Assembly (NCBI RefSeq): GCF_000025925.1
Contig: NC_014033.1
Location: forward strand, 2,400,001-2,432,000
Direction: 5' to 3'
DNA length: 32,000 nucleotides
Origin: Xylanibacter ruminicola 23
GTDB taxonomy: Bacteria > Bacteroidota > Bacteroidia > Bacteroidales > Bacteroidaceae
Positions 7,391-16,293 of the stretch are shown piece by piece (position 1 is the stretch's first letter; each line of letters begins with the position of its first letter). The position numbers and the translations under genes were made by a program. The notes under the pieces were generated by a model, which worked only from the letters and a program-made list of their open reading frames with translations, was not told the origin of the DNA and did no database searches.

Positions 7391-8977
7391 CTACTTATCG
7401 TAAGCGTGTACAGGATAATCAGTTGTATAGTGCAAACCGCGACACTCCTTGCGCTCCAAAGCCCAACGTGTAATCAGATAGCCCACGTTAATCATGTTAC
7501 GCAATTCGCAGATATCCTTCGAGGCCTTTACACGCTTAAACAGGCGCTCGGTCTCCTCGTAAAGCATATCCAGACGGTCCCAGGCACGATGCAAACGCAG
7601 GTCGCTACGCACAATACCTACGTAGTTCGACATAATCAGGTTTACCTCCTTCACGCTCTGGGTAATCAGCACCTTCTCCTCGTTGGTCAGTGTACCCTCG
7701 TCGTTCCACTCAGGCACCTTCTCGTTGAAGTCGTAGAAATCCACATGCTCCAGCGAGTGCTTTGCGGCCGTCTCGGCATAAACCACTGCCTCAATCAGCG
7801 AGTTGCTGGCCAAGCGGTTACCACCGTGCAAACCAGTGCACGAGCACTCACCAAGGGCATACAACTGTTCTATGCTGGTTTGTCCGTTCAGGTCCACCTT
7901 GATACCACCGCACATATAGTGGGCGGCAGGACGAACGGGGATATAATCGGTAGTGATATCGATACCCATCGACAGGCACTTCTGGTAGATATTGGGGAAG
8001 TGCTTGCGTGTCTCGGCGGGATCCTTATGGGTCACATCCAGACATACGTGATCCAAGCCGTGAATCTTCATCTCCTTATCGATGGCACGCGCCACGATAT
8101 CACGTGGTGCCAGCGACAGACGCTCGTCATACTTCTCCATAAACGTCTCGCCATTAGGCAACTTCAGTATGCCACCATAACCACGCATAGCCTCGGTAAT
8201 CAAGAAGGCTGGGTGCGTTTCGTTAGGGTTATGCAGCACGGTGGGGTGGAACTGTACAAACTCCATATCGGCCACTGTACCCTTGGCACGATACACCATA
8301 GCGATACCGTCGCCAGTAGCAATCACGGGGTTCGATGTGGTCAGATACACAGCACCGCAACCACCAGTACACATTACGGTCATCTTAGCCAGATAGGTAT
8401 CCACCTTCTGGGTATCAGGATTCAGCACGTAGGCACCATAGCAGTTAATGTATGGCGAACGACGTGTAATTCTGGCACCTAAGTGGTGCTGGGTGATAAT
8501 CTCCACCGCAAAGTGGTTCTCCTTAATGTCGATATTGGGATTGTTGCGCACAGCCTCCATCAGTCCGCGCTGTATCTCGGCACCCGTATCATCCTTGTGG
8601 TGCAGAATACGGAACTCAGAATGTCCGCCCTCGCGATGCAAATCAAATTTGCCATCGTGATTCTTATCAAAGTTCACGCCCCAGTTTACCAGTTCTTTAA
8701 TCTGTTCGGGCGCCATTCTTACTACTTGTTCTACGGCTTTGGGGTCGCTGATGTAGTCGCCCGCAATCATCGTGTCTTCTATGTGTTTCTCGAAGTTATC
8801 CAGTTCGAGATTGGTAACCGATGCCACGCCACCCTGAGCAAACGATGTGTTGGCCTCATCCAGCGAGGTCTTGCATATCATACACACCCTACCCTTGTTG
8901 GCGCGAGCCACCTTCAGTGCGTAGCTCATACCGGCCACGCCAGCTCCTATCACCAGGAAATCATATTTGTATACCAT
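7391..8977 (-). CDS. nadB: L-aspartate oxidase
   Basis: FAD-binding N-terminus VIGAGVAGMS, plus the succinate dehydrogenase/fumarate reductase-type flavoprotein motifs FVQFHPT and HYMCGGI. Length 528 aa. Confidence 0.93.
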   Translation of the reverse strand: MVYKYDFLVIGAGVAGMSYALKVARANKGRVCMICKTSLDEANTSFAQGGVASVTNLELDNFEKHIEDTMIAGDYISDPKAVEQVVRMAPEQIKELVNWGVNFDKNHDGKFDLHREGGHSEFRILHHKDDTGAEIQRGLMEAVRNNPNIDIKENHFAVEIITQHHLGARITRRSPYINCYGAYVLNPDTQKVDTYLAKMTVMCTGGCGAVYLTTSNPVIATGDGIAMVYRAKGTVADMEFVQFHPTVLHNPNETHPAFLITEAMRGYGGILKLPNGETFMEKYDERLSLAPRDIVARAIDKEMKIHGLDHVCLDVTHKDPAETRKHFPNIYQKCLSMGIDITTDYIPVRPAAHYMCGGIKVDLNGQTSIEQLYALGECSCTGLHGGNRLASNSLIEAVVYAETAAKHSLEHVDFYDFNEKVPEWNDEGTLTNEEKVLITQSVKEVNLIMSNYVGIVRSDLRLHRAWDRLDMLYEETERLFKRVKASKDICELRNMINVGYLITRWALERKECRGLHYTTDYPVHAYDK

Positions 8978-9010
8978 GTGCTGATGTTATATTTTGTCAC
9001 AAATCTGCTG

Positions 9011-9018
9011 CAAAATTA
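9011..9018 (-). promoter_or_regulatory. -7 promoter box for nadB (minus-strand taattttg)
   Basis: The reverse complement of caaaatta matches TAnnTTTG, 34 nt upstream of the nadB ATG. Confidence 0.45.
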
Positions 9019-9060
9019 CTTAAAATTTCCAATATTCTTTGCATCTTATCAATTTTTTTG

Positions 9061-9068
9061 TAACTTTG
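9061..9068 (+). promoter_or_regulatory. -7 promoter box (taactttg) for the 9099 gene
   Basis: Exact TAnnTTTG match, 31 nt upstream of the ATG at 9099. Confidence 0.5.
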
Positions 9069-9098
9069 CAGCAAATAGACACCAAACTCATTACAACA

Positions 9099-10313
9099 AT
9101 GAAACAACTAGCGCTTATAATCATGCTGATGGTTCCGATGGTGGCACTGGCACAACAGACTACCGTAGGTGGAACCATTATCGACGAGAAATCGGGGCGC
9201 CCATTGCCCCAGGTGAGTGTTTCTGCAGGCCGCATCTCTGTGGTCACAAACGAGGATGGTGCCTTCCTTCTAAAACTGGGCGATAAGCCCGCAAACATCA
9301 CGGTATCGCACTTAGGTTACAAAACCAAGAAAGTGGCATTACGCGCAGGCGAGACCGAGAACCTGAAGATAAAACTTCAACCCACCACCATACAACTGCG
9401 CGAGGTGGTGATACGTACTGGTAATCCACGCGACATTGTAGAGATCGCCATCAAAAAGATTCCCGAGAACTACAGTCGCCAGCCCGAGCTGCTCAAGGCG
9501 TTCTATCGCGAAACAGCCATGAAGCGCAAGCACTTCATCTATGTGGCCGAGGGCGTGGAGGACATGTACAAAACCAGCTACACACGCGGTGTAGGTCGCG
9601 ACAGAGTGGCTATCATCAAAGGTCGCCGACTGCTCAGTCAGAAACAGGGCGACACCCTGGGCTTAAAGGTCATGGGCGGTCCGGTACTGCCCGTACAGCT
9701 CGATGTGGTAAAGAACACCGAGTTACTGCTCAACCAGGAGGACATGGATGCCTACAGCTACAGCTGGGGCACACCCGAGATGATCAACGACCGCCTGCAG
9801 ATGGTGGTTCTGATTGAGCCTCTCTTCAGCAAGGAGTATGCGCTGTATCATGGCAAACTGTATATCGACAACGAGCGCCTGGCATTTACCCGCATCGAGC
9901 TCAGTCTCGACATGAGCGATAAGGAGAAAGCCACCCGTACCATGCTGGTACGCAAGCCGTTCGGTGTAAAATTCAAGCCACGCGAACTGTCGTGTGTAGT
10001 CGATTATCGCTATACCGACGGTATTACACGCATCAGCTATCTGCGTAACACCTTTAAGTTCAACTGCGACTGGAAGAAACGTCTGTTCAGCACATCGTTT
10101 ACCGCCACCTGCGAGATGGCCGTTACCGATAGCCAGTCCGAAGGTGTACAGCCCATCGTCAGTCGCAACTCGTTCGACTCGCACGATGCCTATTACGACA
10201 AGGTAGAATATTTTATGGATCCAGAATACTGGAACAACTACAACATTATAGAACCCTCAGAATCGCTGGATAAAGCGATACGCAAACTGGTATCAACTTA
10301 CCAGCGCAATTGA
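9099..10313 (+). CDS. Secreted carboxypeptidase-regulatory-like (CarbopepD_reg) domain protein
   Basis: The preferred start is M21 of the track ORF because it yields a signal peptide (MKQLALIIMLMVPMVALAQQ). This is followed by VGGTIIDEKSGRPLPQVSVS...TNEDGAFLL, typical of the CarbopepD_reg_2 fold. Confidence 0.7.
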   Translation: MKQLALIIMLMVPMVALAQQTTVGGTIIDEKSGRPLPQVSVSAGRISVVTNEDGAFLLKLGDKPANITVSHLGYKTKKVALRAGETENLKIKLQPTTIQLREVVIRTGNPRDIVEIAIKKIPENYSRQPELLKAFYRETAMKRKHFIYVAEGVEDMYKTSYTRGVGRDRVAIIKGRRLLSQKQGDTLGLKVMGGPVLPVQLDVVKNTELLLNQEDMDAYSYSWGTPEMINDRLQMVVLIEPLFSKEYALYHGKLYIDNERLAFTRIELSLDMSDKEKATRTMLVRKPFGVKFKPRELSCVVDYRYTDGITRISYLRNTFKFNCDWKKRLFSTSFTATCEMAVTDSQSEGVQPIVSRNSFDSHDAYYDKVEYFMDPEYWNNYNIIEPSESLDKAIRKLVSTYQRN

Positions 10314-10330
10314 TTAGGTAGTAATTTAAA

Positions 10331-11560
10331 ATGAAGCAGAATATAAGGAATTGGATTTTTTCACTCTTATTGGCAGGTACGGTAGGCAGTTTGCAGGCGC
10401 AAACGGTCGATACACTCGTAGTAGATACCTGCGCCACAGATACCATCGTTGAACTGCCCTGGCCACAGAACCTGCAGGCCCGGTTAGACACGCTTACCAG
10501 CGACCGCATGTTCGACTATACCCAACTGGGCCTGATGGTTTACGATATCACTGCCGACTCAACCCTTTACACCTATGGTGCCAAACAGATACTGCGCCCA
10601 GCCTCAACCATGAAGCTGCTCACAGCCATCACCGCACTCGATCAGTTAGGCATTAAGCACAAGTTCCGCACCTCACTTTACTACACAGGCGAGGTAGTGG
10701 ATAGCGTGCTGGTAGGCGATCTGTATTGTGAGGGCGGTATGGATCCCTTGTTCGACACTACCGATATGAAGGCTTTCTCGGCCAGTGTTAAGGCATTAGG
10801 CATCCACACGGTGAAAGGCAAACTGGTAGATGTAAATACCTTTAAGGATCAGGACCTGCTGGGCGAAGGCTGGTGTTGGGATGATGATAACCCATCGCTC
10901 AGCTCGCTGCTCATCAATGGCAAGGACGATTTCATCAGTCAGTTCGCACAACAGCTCGACAAGGACAGCATCTTCCCCGATGGCCCTGCCGAATATGCAG
11001 CCCTGCCAAAGGATGCCGTTCTGCTATGCCAGCGTAGCCACTCGTTAGAGGATGTGCTGGTACCGATGATGAAGGACAGCAACAACCTCTATGCCGAGTC
11101 GGTATTCTATCAGATTGGTGCCGCTACAGGCGCCCGTCCGGCCAAGTCATCGCATGCCCGCAACGCCATCAAGCGCACCCTGCATAAGGCCGGCATCACA
11201 GGTTCGCATTATAAGATAGCCGATGGTAGCGGACTCTCGCTTTACAACTATGTAACCCCCGAGTTGCTCACCAAACTGCTGGTTTATGCCTATCGCCACC
11301 CCAGCATCTATCGCTACCTGTACGTATCGCTACCCGTAGCAGGCGAGGATGGCACTCTGAAGAAACGCATGAAGGATACCCCTGCACAAATCAGCGTGCG
11401 TGCCAAAACGGGTACCCTCACTGGTATATCATCGTTGGCAGGCTATGCTGTAGCCACCAACAACCATGTGTTGGCATTTGCCATCATCAATCAAGGCGTT
11501 ATGAAGAACGATCAAGGACGTAACTTTCAGGATAAAGTATGCACAGCGATGTGCAAATGA
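10331..11560 (+). CDS. dacB: D-alanyl-D-alanine carboxypeptidase/endopeptidase, PBP4 (peptidase S13) family
   Basis: Signal peptide, SxxK motif (STMKL), SxN motif (DSNN) and KTG motif (KTGTLTG). Confidence 0.85.
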   Translation: MKQNIRNWIFSLLLAGTVGSLQAQTVDTLVVDTCATDTIVELPWPQNLQARLDTLTSDRMFDYTQLGLMVYDITADSTLYTYGAKQILRPASTMKLLTAITALDQLGIKHKFRTSLYYTGEVVDSVLVGDLYCEGGMDPLFDTTDMKAFSASVKALGIHTVKGKLVDVNTFKDQDLLGEGWCWDDDNPSLSSLLINGKDDFISQFAQQLDKDSIFPDGPAEYAALPKDAVLLCQRSHSLEDVLVPMMKDSNNLYAESVFYQIGAATGARPAKSSHARNAIKRTLHKAGITGSHYKIADGSGLSLYNYVTPELLTKLLVYAYRHPSIYRYLYVSLPVAGEDGTLKKRMKDTPAQISVRAKTGTLTGISSLAGYAVATNNHVLAFAIINQGVMKNDQGRNFQDKVCTAMCK

Positions 11561-11617
11561 CATTAAACATGAAACATTAAAAATTAAAGATTAAACATTA
11601 AAAGATTAACGATTATC
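11561..11617. repeat. Degenerate heptamer tandem array D: cattaaa catgaaa cattaaa aattaaa gattaaa cattaaa (a) gattaac gattatc
   Basis: Read directly from the sequence. About 8 units with one 1-nt phase slip. It fills the whole spacer between the dacB stop and the serB ATG. Same unit family as array C. Confidence 0.7.
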
Positions 11618-12850
11618 ATGAAGAAAGAACAGATACTAGTTAGAATTACAGGTCAGGATCGCCCAGGCCTTACCGCCTCAGTAATGGGCATCCTCGCAAA
11701 ATACGATGCACAGATTCTCGACATCGGCCAGGCCGATATCCACTCTACCCTGTCGCTGGGTATCCTCATCCGTATGGACGAGACCAACTCAGGTCAGGTA
11801 ATGAAGGAGTTGCTTTTCAAGGCCACCGAGCTGGGTGTGCAGATAGGTTTCTCACCCATTAGCGACAATGAGTACGAGGACTGGGTAGGCCATCAGGGTA
11901 AGAACCGTTACATTCTCACCGTGATGGGTCGCCAGTTAGAGGCACGCCAGATTGAGGCCGCTACCTCGGTGATTGCCGAGCAGGGGTTAAATATCGACTC
12001 TATCATCCGTCTTACCGGTCGTAAGAGCATCAAGAACCCCGCCAAGCACACCCGTGCCTGCATCGAGTTCTCGCTGCGTGGCGAGCCCAAGGACCGTCAG
12101 GAAATGCAGTCGAAACTGATGAAACTGTCGAGCGAGATGGAGATCGACTTCTCGTTCCAGCTCGATGACATGTTCCGTCGCATGCGCCGTCTGATTTGTT
12201 TCGATATGGACTCTACACTGATTCAGACCGAGTGTATCGACGAGCTGGCCGAGCGCAATGGCGTTGGTGCACAGGTACGCGCCATCACCGAGAGTGCCAT
12301 GCGTGGCGAGATCGACTTTAAGGAGAGTTTCACCCGTCGTGTCAGTCTGCTCAAGGGTCTCGATGTGAGCGTGATGCAGGAGATAGCCGAGAAACTACCT
12401 ATCACCGAGGGTGTAGATCGTTTGATGACTACCCTGAAGCGCTATGGATATAAGATTGCCATTCTCTCAGGAGGATTCACTTACTTTGGCGAATACCTGC
12501 AGCGCCGTTATGGTATTGATTATGTATATGCTAACGAACTGGAGATTGGCCCCGACGGCAAACTCACAGGTCGTTATGTGGGCGAGATAGTAGATGGCCA
12601 TCGCAAGGCCGAACTGCTGAAGTTGATTGCCCAGGTTGAGAAGGTGAACCTGGCACAGACCATTGCTGTGGGCGATGGCGCCAACGACCTGCCAATGATC
12701 TCAGAGGCCGGTCTGGGTATCGCCTTCCACGCCAAGCCCCGTGTGGTGGCCAATGCCGAACAGAGCATTAACACCATCGGTCTTGATGGCGTACTCTACT
12801 TCTTAGGATTCAAGGACAGCTACCTGGGCGATCAAGGAGTGATGCAATAA
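11618..12850 (+). CDS. serB: Phosphoserine phosphatase with N-terminal ACT domains
   Basis: HAD motifs FDMDSTL and GDGANDLPM. N-terminal ACT-like region RITGQDRPGLTASVMGILA. Length 410 aa. Confidence 0.9.
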   Translation: MKKEQILVRITGQDRPGLTASVMGILAKYDAQILDIGQADIHSTLSLGILIRMDETNSGQVMKELLFKATELGVQIGFSPISDNEYEDWVGHQGKNRYILTVMGRQLEARQIEAATSVIAEQGLNIDSIIRLTGRKSIKNPAKHTRACIEFSLRGEPKDRQEMQSKLMKLSSEMEIDFSFQLDDMFRRMRRLICFDMDSTLIQTECIDELAERNGVGAQVRAITESAMRGEIDFKESFTRRVSLLKGLDVSVMQEIAEKLPITEGVDRLMTTLKRYGYKIAILSGGFTYFGEYLQRRYGIDYVYANELEIGPDGKLTGRYVGEIVDGHRKAELLKLIAQVEKVNLAQTIAVGDGANDLPMISEAGLGIAFHAKPRVVANAEQSINTIGLDGVLYFLGFKDSYLGDQGVMQ

Positions 12851-12863
12851 TAATAGGCACTCT

Positions 12864-13880
12864 ATGGAGTTTGCAAGCGTTTTGTTGGAATGGTATCGTG
12901 AGAACGGTCGTGATTTGCCCTGGCGGCAAACTCACGATCCATACGCCATATGGCTCTCCGAAATCATCCTTCAGCAAACGCAGGTAAAGCAGGGCTGGGA
13001 TTACTGGACCCGCTTTATGCACCGCTGGCCCACTGTAGAGGCGCTGGCGTCGGCTACCGAGGATGAGGTGCTACGCGAGTGGCAGGGTCTGGGCTACTAC
13101 AGTCGTGCCCGCAACCTGCACTTTGCCGCTAAGCAGATTGTGGCCATGGGGCATTTCCCTGATACGTTAGAGGATATCAAGAAGCTGAAAGGCGTTGGCG
13201 ATTACACTGCCGCGGCCATTGCCAGCTTTGCCTTTGGCATCCCTGCAGCAGTGGTAGATGGCAACGTTTATCGTGTGCTCGCCCGCCACTTCGGCATCGA
13301 CACTCCCATCAACACCACCGAGGGCAAAAAACTCTTCGCCGCCATGGCCCAGGAGCTACTCCCAACTGTCAATTGTCAATTATCAACTGTCAATTCTGAA
13401 TATAATCAGGCCATCATGGACTTCGGTGCCATCCAGTGTACCCCCGCATCGCCCAACTGCATGTTTTGTCCGCTCGTAGAGTCGTGTGTTGCCTTCCGTT
13501 CAGGTACGGTAGCCGAACTACCTGTAAAACTCAAAACGCTCAAAGTTACCGAGCGTCATCTGGCCTATGTCTATATCCGGTGCAATTATCAAACCGCCAT
13601 CCATCGCCGTGGTCCCGGCGACATCTGGCAAGGGTTGTGGGAACCCTGGCTGGTAGAATCACCAACCCAAATCCCTCATGATACTGTGATACTGCGTAAG
13701 AATGTGAAGCACGTGCTGACCCATCGAGTGCTCTATGCCGACTTCTATCTTTTAGAAGTAGATGAGCGCCCGAAGCTACCTGCTGATTATATATGGATAA
13801 AAGAATCGGAGCTCGACGATTACGCCAAGCCCCGACTTATTGAGAAACTGCTCAGCAGCCTTTTGCCTTCAGATAATTAG
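12864..13880 (+). CDS. mutY: A/G-specific adenine DNA glycosylase
   Basis: HhH-GPD motif LKGVGDYTAAAIASFAF, 4Fe-4S cluster C-x6-C-x2-C-x5-C (CTPASPNCMFCPLVESC), and a C-terminal NUDIX-like domain. Confidence 0.9.
   Translation: MEFASVLLEWYRENGRDLPWRQTHDPYAIWLSEIILQQTQVKQGWDYWTRFMHRWPTVEALASATEDEVLREWQGLGYYSRARNLHFAAKQIVAMGHFPDTLEDIKKLKGVGDYTAAAIASFAFGIPAAVVDGNVYRVLARHFGIDTPINTTEGKKLFAAMAQELLPTVNCQLSTVNSEYNQAIMDFGAIQCTPASPNCMFCPLVESCVAFRSGTVAELPVKLKTLKVTERHLAYVYIRCNYQTAIHRRGPGDIWQGLWEPWLVESPTQIPHDTVILRKNVKHVLTHRVLYADFYLLEVDERPKLPADYIWIKESELDDYAKPRLIEKLLSSLLPSDN
13363..13397. repeat. Degenerate heptamer tandem array E inside mutY: caactgt caattgt caattat caactgt caattct
   Basis: Read directly from the sequence: 5 units, 35 nt. 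It encodes TVNCQLS TVNS just before the conserved NQAIMDFGA segment. Same unit family as array A, in the opposite orientation. Confidence 0.65.
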
Positions 13881-14334
13881 CAAATATCCTTGCTGCACTC
13901 TCCACTTTCGCAGCACAAGGACGCGACTTGTAATATTCCGCAGTACGCTCCGAAGCTACATAATTGTTGTGTGCTTTCTCGTAGCCTTTCAGTCCGAGAA
14001 TCTCCGCACAGATGATACTGCCATTCTCCTCCTTCGATTTGGCCAGCAAATCCTGCACCACCTTATAGCAGGCCGATTTGCCCTCGCGGTCGCTACCTTC
14101 GGTCTGTCCACAGTCCAGGCCCACCAGCATCACAATCCCCGATACGGCACCACACATCATACGCAGGCGTCCCACGCCACCGCCAAATCCTGCGGCTATC
14201 TTCTTAGCCAGGGTATCGTCAAGCCCATACAGGTCGGCAAACGCCGCCACCACACTCTGGCAACAGCCATACCCTTGCATAAAATTATCTACTGCACGAT
14301 TAACTCTCTCATCTAATTCTTTATCTGTCATCAT
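13852..14334 (-). CDS. C_GCAxxG_C_C family putative redox-active protein
   Basis: N-terminal GYGCCQSVV matches the C-GCAxxG-C-C signature, and the ~160-aa size is typical. It overlaps the mutY 3' end by 29 nt. Confidence 0.8.
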   Translation of the reverse strand: MMTDKELDERVNRAVDNFMQGYGCCQSVVAAFADLYGLDDTLAKKIAAGFGGGVGRLRMMCGAVSGIVMLVGLDCGQTEGSDREGKSACYKVVQDLLAKSKEENGSIICAEILGLKGYEKAHNNYVASERTAEYYKSRPCAAKVESAARIFANYLKAKGC

Positions 14335-14367
14335 CTTCTATCAAAACCTGTTTATAAAAACTCGGCG

Positions 14368-14375
14368 CAAAGATA
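14368..14375 (-). promoter_or_regulatory. -7 promoter box (minus-strand tatctttg) for the C_GCAxxG_C_C gene
   Basis: The reverse complement of caaagata matches TAnnTTTG, 34 nt upstream of the ATG at 14334. Confidence 0.5.
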
Positions 14376-14377
14376 GC

Positions 14378-14412
14378 ACAAATCAGACAATACACCAAAC
14401 AAATAACAATTA
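14378..14412. repeat. Weak period-7 block F: acaaatc agacaat acaccaa acaaata acaatta
   Basis: Read directly from the sequence: 5 units, 35 nt, more degenerate than arrays A-E. It overlaps the stop codon of the 195-aa gene. Confidence 0.35.
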
Positions 14413-14997
14413 ATTATGCAAAAGTACAACCAATTCCCTAGGCAAGGTAATAATTTTCAGGCGTTCGTACCAGATACGGTTTGAGCCTTCAAAGTGTTTC
14501 TGCGTGTGACTACTGATAATATAGTAGCTGGCCGTGTATTCGTCCATCATATCCAGGAACGTCTTTTTAATGCGCGAACATTTCTCGTTGATGGCATTAT
14601 CCAGAGGGTTTACCAGATGGTCAACGCCCTCAATAATCTTATCCCTATCCAAACCTTTGGCCGTAGCAGTATAGTACTTTATTAGTTCATCGCGATAATC
14701 AGCCAATCGTTTAAACTCTATACCCTCAGGATGCGCCAAGAACAGCAGATACACCGCCTTATGCACAGGTTGCAGTTCTATCTCCTTCTGATAATCAGCC
14801 AAAATAAAGCGATAATCTTCCGTAATAATAAGCCGGCTCAATTTGGCCTTAGACGCCTCTATGCGTAGCTCCTCCAGTAAAGGTGCACCAATAGCCTTTA
14901 GCAACAGGTCTTTTCGCCCTGCTGCATGCAATTGCTTAGCCAATGTACTCACCTGCTCAGCAATCTCCTCTACCGTATATGGTGCCTCGTGGTTCAT
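14410..14997 (-). CDS. Hypothetical 195-aa protein translationally coupled to the ftsZ-type gene
   Basis: The ATG overlaps the ftsZ TGA (ATGA at 14994-14997). No motif was recognised. The composition looks helical and soluble. Confidence 0.7.
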   Translation of the reverse strand: MNHEAPYTVEEIAEQVSTLAKQLHAAGRKDLLLKAIGAPLLEELRIEASKAKLSRLIITEDYRFILADYQKEIELQPVHKAVYLLFLAHPEGIEFKRLADYRDELIKYYTATAKGLDRDKIIEGVDHLVNPLDNAINEKCSRIKKTFLDMMDEYTASYYIISSHTQKHFEGSNRIWYERLKIITLPRELVVLLHN

Positions 14998-16265
14998 TCT
15001 GTTACGCTCTTCATCACTTTATCCAACCAAGCCTTCAGTTTCGTTACCGTGGTAGACTCCTTTGGCACAATCTCCTCTTCCACCACAGGCTCAACTACTA
15101 CAGGGGGCTCGGGTTCTACTACTGGTGGCTCGGGGGCTGGCGCAGGTTCCACGTCGAACTTTATTTCTGTCTGTATAATTCTTTCCGCCATAGTGGTGGG
15201 CTTTTGGGGCTTATATAGCTTCGGAATCAAATCTTCATAATAGTCATTCTCATCATGGTGCACCTCTTTCTTTACCTCGTTGCTCAGGTCGTCCTCCAGT
15301 CCCGTAGCCAATATCGTCACCTTGGCATCTTCGCCTAAGGTATCATCAGTTGCCGTACCCCAAATCACATCAATATTAGGATCCAACTGGTCAAAAAAGT
15401 CGTCTATCTCCTGTAGTTCGCGCACAAAAATCGGATACTCATCGCTGGCATAGATATTAAAAAGAATACGCTTGGCCTTACCGATATCGTTGCCATAAAG
15501 CAAGGGAGAATCGAGCGCATCCAAGATAGCCTTTTCTACACGATGTTCGCCACTAGCACGTCCCATCGCCATAATGGCACCACCACCATTACGCATCGTT
15601 GTTTCCACATCACGAAAGTCACTTTTTATCCCCCCATCACTCGGCATGGTAATCAGTTCTGAGATACCTTTAACAGCATCCATCAGGATGTTATCTGCTC
15701 GTTGAAAAGCCTCTTTTACCGACAATTCTGAATCGGCATACACATCACATAGGCGTTCGTTGTTCACAATCAGCAAAGCGTCCACATTCTTACGCAGCTC
15801 ATCAACACCCTTCAGTGCCTTGATAATCTTTCGTTTTTTCTCGAAGTAGAAAGGGATGGTTACCACGCCCACCGTAAGCAGGCCCATTTCCTTGGCCACA
15901 CCAGCCACCACAGGGGCCGCACCAGTACCAGTGCCACCACCCATACCAGCAGTCACGAACACCATCTTGGTACCATCGCTCAGTAGCTTCATTATATCGT
16001 TAATGTTAGCCTCAGCCTCCTTCTTACCAAGTTCGGGATTGGCACCCGCTCCCAGGCCACTCTCACCCAGCATGATCTTTACAGGCACAGGCGAACGCGA
16101 CAACGACTGACTATCCGTATTACAAACCGCATAAGTCACGCCCTCAACGCCCTCGTTATACATATTCCTAACGGCATTGCAACCACCTCCGCCAACACCA
16201 ATCACCTTGATGATGCCCTGCATCGTATCCTTTACGGGACCAAAATCTAATATCTCTTCACCCAT
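14994..16265 (-). CDS. ftsZ: FtsZ-family tubulin-like GTPase (orphan context, possibly a paralogue)
   Basis: Motifs seen: [12 protein letters not shown], the tubulin signature [12 protein letters not shown], and a T7-loop region DFRDV. These are followed by a Pro/Glu/Val-rich linker and a short C-terminal helix. No ftsQ or ftsA lies upstream. Confidence 0.9.
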   Translation of the reverse strand: MGEEILDFGPVKDTMQGIIKVIGVGGGGCNAVRNMYNEGVEGVTYAVCNTDSQSLSRSPVPVKIMLGESGLGAGANPELGKKEAEANINDIMKLLSDGTKMVFVTAGMGGGTGTGAAPVVAGVAKEMGLLTVGVVTIPFYFEKKRKIIKALKGVDELRKNVDALLIVNNERLCDVYADSELSVKEAFQRADNILMDAVKGISELITMPSDGGIKSDFRDVETTMRNGGGAIMAMGRASGEHRVEKAILDALDSPLLYGNDIGKAKRILFNIYASDEYPIFVRELQEIDDFFDQLDPNIDVIWGTATDDTLGEDAKVTILATGLEDDLSNEVKKEVHHDENDYYEDLIPKLYKPQKPTTMAERIIQTEIKFDVEPAPAPEPPVVEPEPPVVVEPVVEEEIVPKESTTVTKLKAWLDKVMKSVTE

Positions 16266-16285
16266 ACCTCAAAATATTACTGCTG

Positions 16286-16293
16286 CAAAGATA
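16286..16293 (-). promoter_or_regulatory. -7 promoter box (minus-strand tatctttg) for the ftsZ-type gene
   Basis: The reverse complement of caaagata matches TAnnTTTG, 21 nt upstream of the ATG at 16265. Confidence 0.5.

Noticed and set aside
7343-8482. A long 379-aa ORF on the plus strand. Similar long antisense ORFs occur at 4691-5509, 5728-6345, 5981-6508, 8483-9286, 2768-3358, 3487-4074, 1564-1938, 2152-2577 and 9723-10184.
   Set aside because: Each lies opposite a gene with unambiguous family motifs (nadB, cls, dnaG, helicase and others). Their translations are H/R/V/L-rich with no motifs. These are typical shadow ORFs of G+C-rich coding sequence.
9039-9098. Upstream starts offered by the ORF track: 9039 for the CarbopepD_reg-like gene, TTG at 269 for the kinase, and GTG at 2559 for the helicase.
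   Set aside because: The 9039 start would place the predicted -7 box inside the CDS and bury the signal peptide. The 269 and 2559 starts are non-ATG codons with an in-frame ATG 3 codons downstream. The alternatives cannot be excluded without N-terminal data.
11561-11617. Reading the heptamer arrays as a CRISPR array, or as simple microsatellites for phase variation.
   Set aside because: The units are 7 nt with no spacers, and the arrays are at most 57 nt, so this is not CRISPR. The units are degenerate rather than identical, so classical slipped-strand phase variation is unlikely.
15060-15150. A repetitive ggctcggg-containing DNA segment encoding [26 protein letters not shown]. The plus-strand ORFs 14926-15240 and 14943-15218 ([21 protein letters not shown]) lie opposite it.
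   Set aside because: This is the intrinsically disordered C-terminal linker expected in FtsZ proteins. The plus-strand ORFs are its low-complexity antisense shadow.
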